A stretch of 64,000 nt of DNA from an uncultured delta proteobacterium (GCA_963708515.1 CAVPSX010000023.1:129930-193929), one strand, 5' to 3'; positions 26,557-34,924 are shown, numbered from the stretch's first letter. A program made the numbers and translations. The notes: a model not told the origin generated them from the sequence alone.

Positions 26557-27416
26557 GGACAGGCCTCCGGAAAGGGTGTAAGCCGGATATGGTATTTTTC
26601 AAGCATTTGATGAAAGCTGCCGCTCGTCAGTACGGTAAGCTCCTTTTCTCTTTCCCGGTTCGAGAAAGCGGAAAAAGGACCCCCCGGACCGCAATGTGCC
26701 ATGCCGGGATGAACCATGAGCTCGGTAAGGCCCGGAGGCAGCGTTTGCAGGGTTCTTTCAAGGCTCTCAAGGGACAGCCTTCCTTTCAGATAAAAACCCC
26801 GGAAATGATCCGTCGTTTTCATTATGGAACCATGAAGCTTGATCCGGACGGCTGCCGCGAGCCGGCAAAACCGCTCCGCTTCGTCATTCAGCAATAAATT
26901 GTTTCGATCCATGGATCTTGCAGGCAGCGGCTCTTCCGGGATCCGCATCCACGGAATCCCGAATTCCCTTGCCGTTCTGATTGTTGCGTCGATCGCGGCA
27001 GGGAAAATATGTGCGTGCTGGTGCCCGTCCAGATGATCCATCCGGACGCCGGCGTCGCGCAGCGCCTGAATCTGGGCGGCAAATTCCCGCCGGATTTCCT
27101 TTTGAAGCGCATCGTCGTCCCTGTTCATCAGGCGCCGATGGCCCTCCTGTTTGCCGCAAAAACATCCGTCCGCGCCTGTGATGGTTTCCAGCCCCGGACT
27201 CAGCGGCCGCCCTTCGGTCAGGTTCAGATGGACGCCGAATGAAAGCTGCCTGCCGTTCATGGAAGCGATCCGCTGAATGCAATCCTGAAAGGCGGGCCCA
27301 TTGACCAGGATGCTTGCGGCCGTCACGGAACCCGCTTCAATGGCCTCGATGATCCCGGCATTGCGGGCTTCATCCGCTCCCAGATCGTCTGCATGGATAA
27401 TCAACCGCTTCAACAC
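26553..27416 (-). CDS. YdjC/ChbG/HpnK-family carbohydrate N-deacetylase
   Basis: MLKRLIIHADDLG N-terminus plus the DGHQH and HP metal-site motifs typical of YdjC-like deacetylases. Confidence 0.85.
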   Translation of the reverse strand: MLKRLIIHADDLGADEARNAGIIEAIEAGSVTAASILVNGPAFQDCIQRIASMNGRQLSFGVHLNLTEGRPLSPGLETITGADGCFCGKQEGHRRLMNRDDDALQKEIRREFAAQIQALRDAGVRMDHLDGHQHAHIFPAAIDATIRTAREFGIPWMRIPEEPLPARSMDRNNLLLNDEAERFCRLAAAVRIKLHGSIMKTTDHFRGFYLKGRLSLESLERTLQTLPPGLTELMVHPGMAHCGPGGPFSAFSNREREKELTVLTSGSFHQMLEKYHIRLTPFPEACP

Positions 27417-29095
27417 GCTTTCGCCCCCCGGGCACAGATGAAAAGATTTCTGAATCGATATCCACCCTCACCCGCTTCGCAGAAGTCCGAACGCCCCGAT
27501 GAACGCAGCGCGAGAAAATGATTCATGAGTCCTGTTTCAAGGGATTCGTACTCATCGCCCGTGAAGAACCGCTCAGTCTCATGTACAACACAGACGTGAT
27601 GGAAATGTTCGCGCAACTCACGGAGAAGCTCCGACGGATTGGCAAGGGAGATGGCCATCAACCACAGCCTTCCGCTTTCCGGTTTCAGAAAAACAGCGGC
27701 GCCCTGAAGGATTTTGAACAGGTGCCTTGTTCCATCGAATCCGCCATACCGGGGACCAAAGGCGTGATGGCCCGGTGTCTGGGGAGGGGTTGCAACAATC
27801 ACATCGAACAGCCCCGCATCACCGGCCGCACGGCCATTCAGCGCTTCATACCAGGCGCCTGCGCAGATTGCGATCTTGTCGGCGACACCATTTGCCCGCG
27901 CGTTTTGCCTCGTCGCCTCAAGGGCGCGGGGGTCGATATCGGTGGCCACGACATGGCCGGCGCCCAGCCGTACTGCGGCAACGGCAAGCAGGCCTGCGCC
28001 ACACCCCAGATCGAGGACTCGGTCTCCTTCCCGCACATCGAGACGCGCTGCAAGTTCCAGGGTAGAAGGCGGGGGATGATGCACACCTGCGGGGATGCGC
28101 AGATCAACGGGACCGGTCGGAAGCATGATGTTCATTTTCCCGTTGCGATGCAATGGGGATCTGCCATAACGTCTCAGGGCTGCCGACAGCATCTTTTCCA
28201 CGAGGGCAGTGTAATTCAGGTCCGCCCACCGCGCCGACAGCGCCAGCGCTTCCAGCGGCTCCAGAGACGGTGTTGTGTTCGCCTCCAGAAAGTAAAACGT
28301 CCCGCCGGAAGAAAGGCGGACATCGAACCGGGCGTAATCCCGCAATCCAAGGGCGCGAAAAGCAAGAATTGAGAGGTTTTTCAGATCGGCCGCGAGATCG
28401 GGCGGCAGTTCAGCCCGCAATACATCTTGTCTTTCTTTCGTCACGTATGACCGTTTGAACGCCTCGGTCAGCACGGCGCTTTCACTTGCATGAACGAGCC
28501 ACTCCAGAGGCGGCAGCACGCCCAGGCCGTTTTCATCCTCGAGCAGCGAGACGGCAAATTCACGTCCCGCAATAAAGGTTTCCACGAGGACCGGCTGCCT
28601 GTACCGGTCGATGAGCGCTGCAATCCCCGCGTGGATTTCATCCTGTGTTGCAGCAACATGGAGACCGCGGCTCATGTGTTCAAAGGACGGCTTCAAAACG
28701 ACTGGCGCCTTGAGCCAAGCGGGCAACTTTTGCTTTTTCGACGTCACCGCGACACCCGGAGGCGTCGGAATGCCGGCATTTGCCAGACATGTCTTCGCGA
28801 CAATCTTGTCATCGGCGCGCAAACAGGCCCCGGCGTCGGAACCGACAATCCGCACGCCATGGGCCTCCAGCAGCCCTCTTACAAAGGGCCGTAAAAGCCC
28901 GGTCCCTCGAAAGGTGTCTGTATGTTCGATCACGAGGTCGCAGCTTTGCGAGATTTCTCCGGCCCTGAGTTCAATCTCTGCGGAATCCACAAAAACAACG
29001 TCATGGCCGAGGGCATGAAGCCCTTTCGCAACCGCTTCCGCACAGCCGCAGGGAGCGCCGACCGTGTGCACAACCGCAATCTGCATGATCATCAC
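27410..29095 (-). CDS. Fusion protein: Ddl-like ATP-grasp ligase (N-terminal ~310 aa) + class I SAM-dependent methyltransferase (C-terminal ~250 aa)
   Basis: ATP-grasp blocks: DDKIVAKTCLANAGIPTPPG, VVLKPSFEHMSRG, VLVETFIAGREFAVS, YARFDVRL...YFLEANTTPSL. MTase blocks: VLDLGCGAGLLAV, ATDIDP, VIVATPPQTP (NPPY-like). The likely start is the ATG at 29086 (GGTGA RBS). Confidence 0.8.
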   Translation of the reverse strand: MMIMQIAVVHTVGAPCGCAEAVAKGLHALGHDVVFVDSAEIELRAGEISQSCDLVIEHTDTFRGTGLLRPFVRGLLEAHGVRIVGSDAGACLRADDKIVAKTCLANAGIPTPPGVAVTSKKQKLPAWLKAPVVLKPSFEHMSRGLHVAATQDEIHAGIAALIDRYRQPVLVETFIAGREFAVSLLEDENGLGVLPPLEWLVHASESAVLTEAFKRSYVTKERQDVLRAELPPDLAADLKNLSILAFRALGLRDYARFDVRLSSGGTFYFLEANTTPSLEPLEALALSARWADLNYTALVEKMLSAALRRYGRSPLHRNGKMNIMLPTGPVDLRIPAGVHHPPPSTLELAARLDVREGDRVLDLGCGAGLLAVAAVRLGAGHVVATDIDPRALEATRQNARANGVADKIAICAGAWYEALNGRAAGDAGLFDVIVATPPQTPGHHAFGPRYGGFDGTRHLFKILQGAAVFLKPESGRLWLMAISLANPSELLRELREHFHHVCVVHETERFFTGDEYESLETGLMNHFLALRSSGRSDFCEAGEGGYRFRNLFICARGAKAC

Positions 29096-29147
29096 CGGAA
29101 CATTTATTTATCAATCCGACATTGGAATTTTCGGGAAACAGCTATCG

Positions 29148-30515
29148 TTATGAACGCCCGACCAGTGCTGCAGCAGCCCTGCGGGCGGCCAGATGGACGG
29201 GATCCCACACACTGGAGTAAGGCGGCGCATAACTGAGGTCGAGATGGATCATGTCCTCGACGGTGAACCCGGCATGCAGTGCTGTTGCGAAAACATCTAT
29301 CCGCTTGGCCGCCCCTTCCACACCGACAATCTGCGCGCCCAGAAGCCTGCCGTTTCCCTTTTCCGCAAGCGCTTTCACCGTGATCTTCCCGGAATTCGGA
29401 TAGTAGCTGGCCCTTGTTATGCTTTCGATCCGCCCTACCACATATTCCAGTCCGAGGGCATGGATCTCCTTCTCCTGGAGGCCAGTTCTGGCAACCTCCA
29501 CGTCGCATATCTTGCTGACGGCGGTTCCCAGCACGCCCGGAAACGTAGCATACCCTCCGCCCAGATTTATGCCGGCAACCCGACCCTGCTTGTTGGCGAT
29601 GGTGCCGAGGGCAATATGAACGGGGCGACGGCTTACAAGGTGAAAGGACTCCGCGCAATCGCCGGCAGCCCAGACACCCGGGATTTCCGTCTGCATGCGG
29701 TCATTGACCTTGATGGCCTTGCGCACGCCGAGGGCTAAGCCTGCGCGCTCGGCAAGTTCCGTGTTGGGGCGCACGCCCAGTCCTAAAATCACGATATCGG
29801 CAGGGATGGTCCGTTGATTTGTTACAACTGCCCGGACACTTCCGTCGGAAACCTCGGCGCCCTCTAAGGTCTCCTCCCGAAAGAGCTTCACGCCGACCTT
29901 CAGGAGCGCATCGGAGACGAGGGCGCCCATGTCGGGGTCGAGCGTGTTCATGACCTGGCTTGCCTGCTCCACCAGAGATACGTCGAGGCCTCTCATGATG
30001 AGAGCTTCCGCCATTTCCAGCCCGATATATCCCCCCCCGATCACGACCGCCTTTTTCGGTTTCTGCGTGTCCACGGCCGTCCTCACCCGGATGCCGCTGT
30101 CAAGAGAATGAAGACCGTATATGCCCCGGGCATCGGACCCGGGAAGTACGGGATAGACAGGAATCGCCCCCGTGGCGATCACCAGGTGATCGAAGGCCTC
30201 CCGCCATTCTTTCTTTTCCGTGATCGACCGGACACGGACACTGCGGTTCTTCAGATCAATTTCGGTGACCTCATGCAGGACACGGGCATCGATGCCGTAT
30301 TCATCCCGAAATTCTTCCGGTGTGACGGCAATGAGCTTCCGGATATCGTCGACAACCTTGCCGACATAATAGGGAATGCTTCAGGCCGAGTAGGATGTAT
30401 GGGGCCCTTTCTCGAAGGCAGTGATATCCAGATCAGGATTGAGTCTCTTTGCCTGGGCCGCCGCGCTCATACCCGCCGCATCGCCGCCGATGATTACGAG
30501 TCTTTCCTTCGCCAT
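29148..30515 (-). CDS. CoA-disulfide reductase / NADH oxidase-family FAD-dependent disulfide oxidoreductase, putative selenoprotein (UGA45 = Sec)
   Basis: The N-terminus MAKERLVIIGGDAAGMSAAAQAKR is a GxGxxG FAD site. The in-frame TGA at 30381-30383 falls in TSYSA-U-SIPYYVG, where family members carry the redox Cys (SFANC/SFLSC). The frame is continuous with track ORF 29148..30182. Length is 455 codons. Confidence 0.8.
30348..30365 (-). other. Candidate bacterial SECIS hairpin
   Basis: The mRNA reads UGA-N15-GUCGGC-AAGGUU-GUCGAC: a 6-bp stem (one G-U pair) with a GGU-containing apical loop about 21-26 nt after the UGA. Confidence 0.5.
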
Positions 30516-30578
30516 CGTTCTTTCACCTCTATACTTAATTAAAGACCGGGGTTCTGTGCAAAGTCATTTATAGGACAC

Positions 30579-30607
30579 AATATAAGTTACGGATGGATGG
30601 GTGTCAA
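30579..30607 (-). promoter_or_regulatory. Sigma70-type promoter (TTGACA-N17-TATATT) of the selenoprotein operon
   Basis: The minus strand reads CCGTTGACACCCATCCATCCGTAACTTATATTGTG, about 60 nt upstream of the ATG at 30515. Confidence 0.55.
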
Positions 30608-30636
30608 CGGGAAAGAAGGCTGATGCAATTCTTCCA

Positions 30637-30665
30637 TTGACAGACAAGACTGCGTTGCCTATACT
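30637..30665 (+). promoter_or_regulatory. Sigma70-type promoter (TTGACA-N17-TATACT) of the nitroreductase gene, divergent from 30579-30607
   Basis: TTGACA at 30637-30642 and TATACT at 30660-30665. This implies a ~230-nt leader. Confidence 0.55.
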
Positions 30666-30742
30666 CCTATCCACGGGTATGCGATGACTCTAAACAAATG
30701 GCCGATGTTTCTGAACCGGGTGGTGCTTGCATCGCAAGCACA

Positions 30743-30824
30743 GAGCTTTGCATAACCGGCGAAAAATGGTTCGCAAGCGGTGAATCAAAGATTTTGAGAC
30801 GCGGCGAAGCCCTTTTTCAAAGGT
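30743..30824. repeat. Family-B palindromic repeat, copy 1 (uninterrupted)
   Basis: GAGCTTTGCATAACCGGCGAAAAATGGTTCGCAAGCGGTGAATCAAAGATTTTGAGACGCGGCGAAGCCCTTTTTCAAAGGT. The arms are partly complementary (GAAAAA/TTTTTC and others). The second copy is at 53198-53360. Confidence 0.7.
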
Positions 30825-30895
30825 CTTTAAGAAGTCACCCGGGGTGCAATACAACCACAAGCGTGTGCGGTCTTCAAACTAAAAGGAGGGAAATT

Positions 30896-31468
30896 ATGGA
30901 TGTTTTTACGGCAATTAAGGAAAGGCGAAGCTGCAGAAAATTTTTGCCGGATGCCATCGGCGAAGCGTTGATCGAAAATATCCTTGAGGCAGCCGTCTGG
31001 GCCCCGTCGCCGGCCAATAACCAGCCCTGGGAATTCATCGTCATTACGAATCCCGAAATCAAGAAGAGAATTCATGAGGAATCGGTGGCGTGCAAGAAGA
31101 AGCTTTATGAGAAGAGCGGCTGGGGCTGGGTTGACAAATATCAGGCCGGTTTTCTGCTGGCAGCGCCTGTCCTGATTGCCGTCATCGGAGATGCAGAAAA
31201 GACGGGCGCCCACAAGTTCCTGGAAGGGACTGAAGAGACCTATCAGCACGGGTGCGCCGCTGCAATCCAGAACATGCTTCTGGCCGCCCACGCACATGGA
31301 CTAGGCAGCCTCTGGTTCACACTGTTTGACCGGCAAGCGATGAGAAAGACGCTTGGCGTCGATCCGCCCAAAGAGCCGCTGGCGCTGGTCTGTATCGGCA
31401 AGGCAGCCGGTTCCGCCCCTCAGACGCCGAGGAAAGAGGCAAAGGAAAAGACGCGCTACATCCGGTAG
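30896..31468 (+). CDS. Nitroreductase-family FMN oxidoreductase
   Basis: MDVFTAIKERRSCRKF...APSPANNQPWEF signature. AAAAGGAGGG RBS before the ATG at 30896. The track extension to 30698 only translates the repeat. Confidence 0.85.
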   Translation: MDVFTAIKERRSCRKFLPDAIGEALIENILEAAVWAPSPANNQPWEFIVITNPEIKKRIHEESVACKKKLYEKSGWGWVDKYQAGFLLAAPVLIAVIGDAEKTGAHKFLEGTEETYQHGCAAAIQNMLLAAHAHGLGSLWFTLFDRQAMRKTLGVDPPKEPLALVCIGKAAGSAPQTPRKEAKEKTRYIR

Positions 31469-31546
31469 CCGGTTAAGTTCAAGTCGGTAAACCACTCTTT
31501 CTGAAGAAATGGCTGAAATAACCCCTTTTTAATCTGTATTTTCTAC

Positions 31547-31575
31547 TTGACGCGAATTTTCCCTTTTAGTATGAA
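31547..31575 (+). promoter_or_regulatory. Promoter candidate (TTGACG-N17-TATGAA) for the CoA-transferase genes
   Basis: TTGACG at 31547-31552 and TATGAA at 31570-31575, giving a ~120-nt leader. Confidence 0.4.
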
Positions 31576-31701
31576 TGCCGCGTTTGTGCGTTAAGTTTTT
31601 TTATGGGAAAAGGCATGGGCTGTTCTTTCCGGCAGGGCCCCGTCATTGTCCGCGCCGGGGAGCAATGAAAACAAACTATGGAGTCAGGGGGGAGGTTGTA
31701 A

Positions 31702-32784
31702 ATGGACAAATTGATCAGAAGTTCGGACATCAGAAAAATTTCTAACCTGGATCATGCAGAACTCGCCAAGAAAAGTGAGGCCGCATTCGAGTACTGGGGA
31801 CCCACGCCTACCGAAGCAAGAAAAAGGGCCGTGGCCAAGCCGAAAGGCTTGCATGACAAGCGAACGACCCTCAAAGAGGCCGTAGCGAAACATGTCAGAG
31901 ACGGCATCAATCTCGGTATCGGCGGCTTTGTGAACACGCGCGTCCCCATTGCCATTATCCACGAAATCATCCGCAAGGGCGCAAAGGATCTGACGCTGTC
32001 CTTCCAGTCCAATTCCATGTGCGTTGAGCTGCTTGCCGGCGCCATGATTCTGGATCCCAACCATGTTTCAATCAAACGGGCCGAACTGGCCTGGTGGGGC
32101 TATGAAGTCATCGGCATCGCCCCTCTTTTCCGTTATCTGATCTCAAACGGCATGATTTATCTCGACGACTATACAAATTACGGCATGTCCGCCCGTTTCA
32201 AAGCGGGGGCAATGGGCATTCCGTTCATCCCGACGCGCGATCACGGCGGCTCCGACATGGAACTCGTAAACAGAGGCAGGATGATCGAGTGCCCGTTTTC
32301 CAAGGAAAATGTGTATCTGCTGCCAGCCTCCAATCCGGACGTCGGCATTGTACACGTCTCAGCGGCGGACAAGCACGGCAATGCAAGACTGTTCGGGGCG
32401 CATTGCACCTGTCCTGAGATCGCTATGGCATCGACCTATACGATCATGACAGCGGAACAGATTATTCCGACCGACAGCATCAGAAGATATCCGAATCTCA
32501 CCGAAATTCCCTATCCGGCCGTGGACGCCGTCGTGGAGCAGCCTTTCGGTGCTTACCCGGGCGCATGCTACGGCTATTACTGGTTTGATATGCCGGAGTT
32601 CCTCAATTTCAGAAGCATTTGTGACGAATTCCGGAAAACGGGGAACAAAGACAAGCTGCAAGCATACTATGACAAGTATATTTTTGGCTGTGAAACTTTC
32701 GACGATTTCCTGAGCACGCGGCCCTACAACAAGCTCAAGGAACTCAGACAGAAGGATGGCGGGCAGCCGATCATCGTCGATTGA
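31702..32784 (+). CDS. CoA-transferase subunit A (glutaconate CoA-transferase GctA-like)
   Basis: The G.NLGIGGF block and family I CoA-transferase alpha-subunit layout, paired with a beta subunit immediately downstream. Confidence 0.8.
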   Translation: MDKLIRSSDIRKISNLDHAELAKKSEAAFEYWGPTPTEARKRAVAKPKGLHDKRTTLKEAVAKHVRDGINLGIGGFVNTRVPIAIIHEIIRKGAKDLTLSFQSNSMCVELLAGAMILDPNHVSIKRAELAWWGYEVIGIAPLFRYLISNGMIYLDDYTNYGMSARFKAGAMGIPFIPTRDHGGSDMELVNRGRMIECPFSKENVYLLPASNPDVGIVHVSAADKHGNARLFGAHCTCPEIAMASTYTIMTAEQIIPTDSIRRYPNLTEIPYPAVDAVVEQPFGAYPGACYGYYWFDMPEFLNFRSICDEFRKTGNKDKLQAYYDKYIFGCETFDDFLSTRPYNKLKELRQKDGGQPIIVD

Positions 32785-32835
32785 TGACGGTTCCATTGAC
32801 AACACAATAAGCGATTAATATAAGGGGGATTTAAA

Positions 32836-33621
32836 ATGGCTGAATATGGTCCGTTCGAAATGATAGCTTTTACCGGCTCGAGGGTATTGGAAGATGAAAC
32901 CATCGTATTTGTGGGAACCGGTCTGCCGATTATTGCGTCCATGCACGCCCAGCTCACGCATGCGCCGAATCTCAATATGATCTTTGAAGCGGGTTCGTTC
33001 GGGGCGGTGCTCGAACAGGGATTGCCGTTGTCCGTCGGCGACACTCGTGCTTTCCGCAAGGCCGTCTATGCAAAGGGGCTTTGCGCCGCCTTTGAAATGA
33101 CGCAGCGAGGACACGTGGATTACGCTTTCATCGGCGGCGCGCAGATCGATATGTACGGAAACATCAATTCGCACTTTGAAGGCGGAACCTATTGGAAAAC
33201 CAAAACAAGGTTTCCGGGAAGCGGCGGCGCCGGCGCAATGGCGGCCAACTGCGAGAAAACGATCGCCATCATGGCTCTGGAAAAAAGAAGATTCGCTGAG
33301 AAAATTGATTTTGTAACGAGCATCGGCTTCGGCGACGGCTCGGCGGATTACAGAAGAAAGGCCGGCGTGATGGGTTCGGGTCCCTACCGGGTCATCACCA
33401 ATCAGGCGGTTTTCGGTTTCGATGAAGAAACCCGCAGAATGATGCTGCTCGAAGTGCTTCCCGGAAAGACCGCAGCGGACATCCAGGAACTGGTGAGTTT
33501 TGAATTGTTGATTTCACCGGATCTGCGCACAATGAAAGAACCTTCCGATGAGGATCTGAGGCTCCTCCGGGAAGTGATCGACCCGGATGGCTATTTCCTC
33601 AAGAGAAAGGTCGCAAAATAA
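32836..33621 (+). CDS. CoA-transferase subunit B (GctB-like)
   Basis: Family I CoA-transferase beta-subunit pattern (VFVGTGLP...; catalytic-Glu-region-like FEAGSFG; GGAQIDMYGNIN). Confidence 0.8.
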   Translation: MAEYGPFEMIAFTGSRVLEDETIVFVGTGLPIIASMHAQLTHAPNLNMIFEAGSFGAVLEQGLPLSVGDTRAFRKAVYAKGLCAAFEMTQRGHVDYAFIGGAQIDMYGNINSHFEGGTYWKTKTRFPGSGGAGAMAANCEKTIAIMALEKRRFAEKIDFVTSIGFGDGSADYRRKAGVMGSGPYRVITNQAVFGFDEETRRMMLLEVLPGKTAADIQELVSFELLISPDLRTMKEPSDEDLRLLREVIDPDGYFLKRKVAK

Positions 33622-33701
33622 TTTAAAGAATCAACCCCCTTCATCCCCTTGCCAAAGGGGAATGTAAGGGCACCGGCAACGGTAGAATGAATCATAAAAA
33701 A

Positions 33702-33728
33702 GCTGAGCCAGGCAGGTTCGGCTTTTTT
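33702..33728 (+). terminator. Rho-independent (bidirectional-looking) terminator after the CoA-transferase genes
   Basis: AAAAAA-GCTGAGCC-AGGCA-GGTTCGGC-TTTTTT: an 8-bp stem with 2 G-U pairs, flanked by A and T runs. Confidence 0.65.
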
Positions 33729-33943
33729 ATTCAATAGCACATGAAAAAAATGATTGCTCTGCAATGATTATGTGCTATATTGTATGGGTGGTAGGACGGG
33801 TTTATAGGGTCCTCAGCCTTGAGCCCCATGTTTTTCCGGTCTGTGAGATAGAGGCTCCGCAGAGTTCATACTGACAAGGTGATAGACGTGCAGGGGGCAG
33901 TTCCAAGAGAACGTTCGTGAATACCCGACCCAATTTAAAAATC

Positions 33944-34249
33944 ATGGCGACATCGCGAGAGATTATTAGAGACAATATCATTGAATTAGCCTCGTTTGCG
34001 CGCAAATTTAAGCATGAAGATAATAGGGAGATGTACATCTATTCCATGAGCAAGTGTTTGGCTTTACAATGGTTTGAATATAAAATTGAGAAAAATGACA
34101 TACCGGATGAGGAAATTCCAGAGCAGATCGACATGGAATTATATATTTACAATAAAGTCGCTGAAACAGCCGGCGACGAAGATATTGCCATGATAACCTG
34201 GACATTAGGCATGATAAAGTCCTTAGAGGAGCTCAAGAAGCTGCTCTGA
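33944..34249 (+). CDS. Hypothetical 101-aa protein (AT-rich islet)
   Basis: Open frame with an ATG at 33944 (GTG alternative at 33917). No motif recognised. Codon usage differs from its neighbours by eye. Confidence 0.4.
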   Translation: MATSREIIRDNIIELASFARKFKHEDNREMYIYSMSKCLALQWFEYKIEKNDIPDEEIPEQIDMELYIYNKVAETAGDEDIAMITWTLGMIKSLEELKKLL

Positions 34250-34260
34250 AACGCATCCAT

Positions 34261-34872
34261 TTAACTTAGAATAACCAGCAGCAGTTTTTTCCCAGAAACC
34301 ACAAGACGGGTAAATTTCATGTCGAATTCTCTTTCAGCGCCATCCGATATGGTCATGCTTACCGTCAGATGATGCGTTATTCCTTTCCATGCCTGCTTCA
34401 ACACTCTTACGAAATCCTCCTGTGTGTCTGGTCGCATCAAGCGGGTCAGCTTGCCGCCGACCAATGCGTCCCGGGATTCTTTCATGACCACCAGCGCCCG
34501 GTCTGTCACCCCTTCAATCCGGCCGTCTTGATCGATCAGAAATCCTATGTCCTCCTCGTACATCTGCTGTCTCAGCTCATCCCTGTTTTCCCGCATCCAG
34601 GCATAAGCCAGTTCCAGCTTCTCATTTGCGTGCGCTAATCTCTCGTTGGTCATTTCCAGTGCACCGTGAGCCTGCTGCAGTGATTCTTTCGCTGTCTTTT
34701 GTGCGTTAATCAGAAACTGTGTAAAAATCCCATAGGCAAAGATGGAAAGGGTGATCAGGAGGCGGTTTGTCATCTGGCCTTCAGTCATAACATCAAACAC
34801 CCAATAGAACATGACAATGGCCACAGCAATGAGCATCAGGCCATTTTTTTCAATGATTCTGATAATTTTCAT
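34261..34872 (-). CDS. Membrane protein: 2 TM helices + coiled coil + PAS-like domain, with no output domain
   Basis: Two N-terminal hydrophobic helices, a heptad-rich linker, and a C-terminal ~100 aa resembling a PAS fold (GFLIDQDGRIEGVTDRAL...). Confidence 0.5.
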   Translation of the reverse strand: MKIIRIIEKNGLMLIAVAIVMFYWVFDVMTEGQMTNRLLITLSIFAYGIFTQFLINAQKTAKESLQQAHGALEMTNERLAHANEKLELAYAWMRENRDELRQQMYEEDIGFLIDQDGRIEGVTDRALVVMKESRDALVGGKLTRLMRPDTQEDFVRVLKQAWKGITHHLTVSMTISDGAEREFDMKFTRLVVSGKKLLLVILS

Positions 34873-34924
34873 ATAGGGGATCCTGTTGTTTTTCTCTCGG
34901 TCAGATAATACGAATTTGCTTATA

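Noticed and set aside
30108-30542. 144-aa plus-strand ORF opposite the 5' end of the disulfide reductase gene.
   Set aside because: The minus strand here encodes a canonical GxGxxG FAD-binding N-terminus that continues in frame through the UGA into ORF 29148-30182. The plus-strand ORF has no motif.
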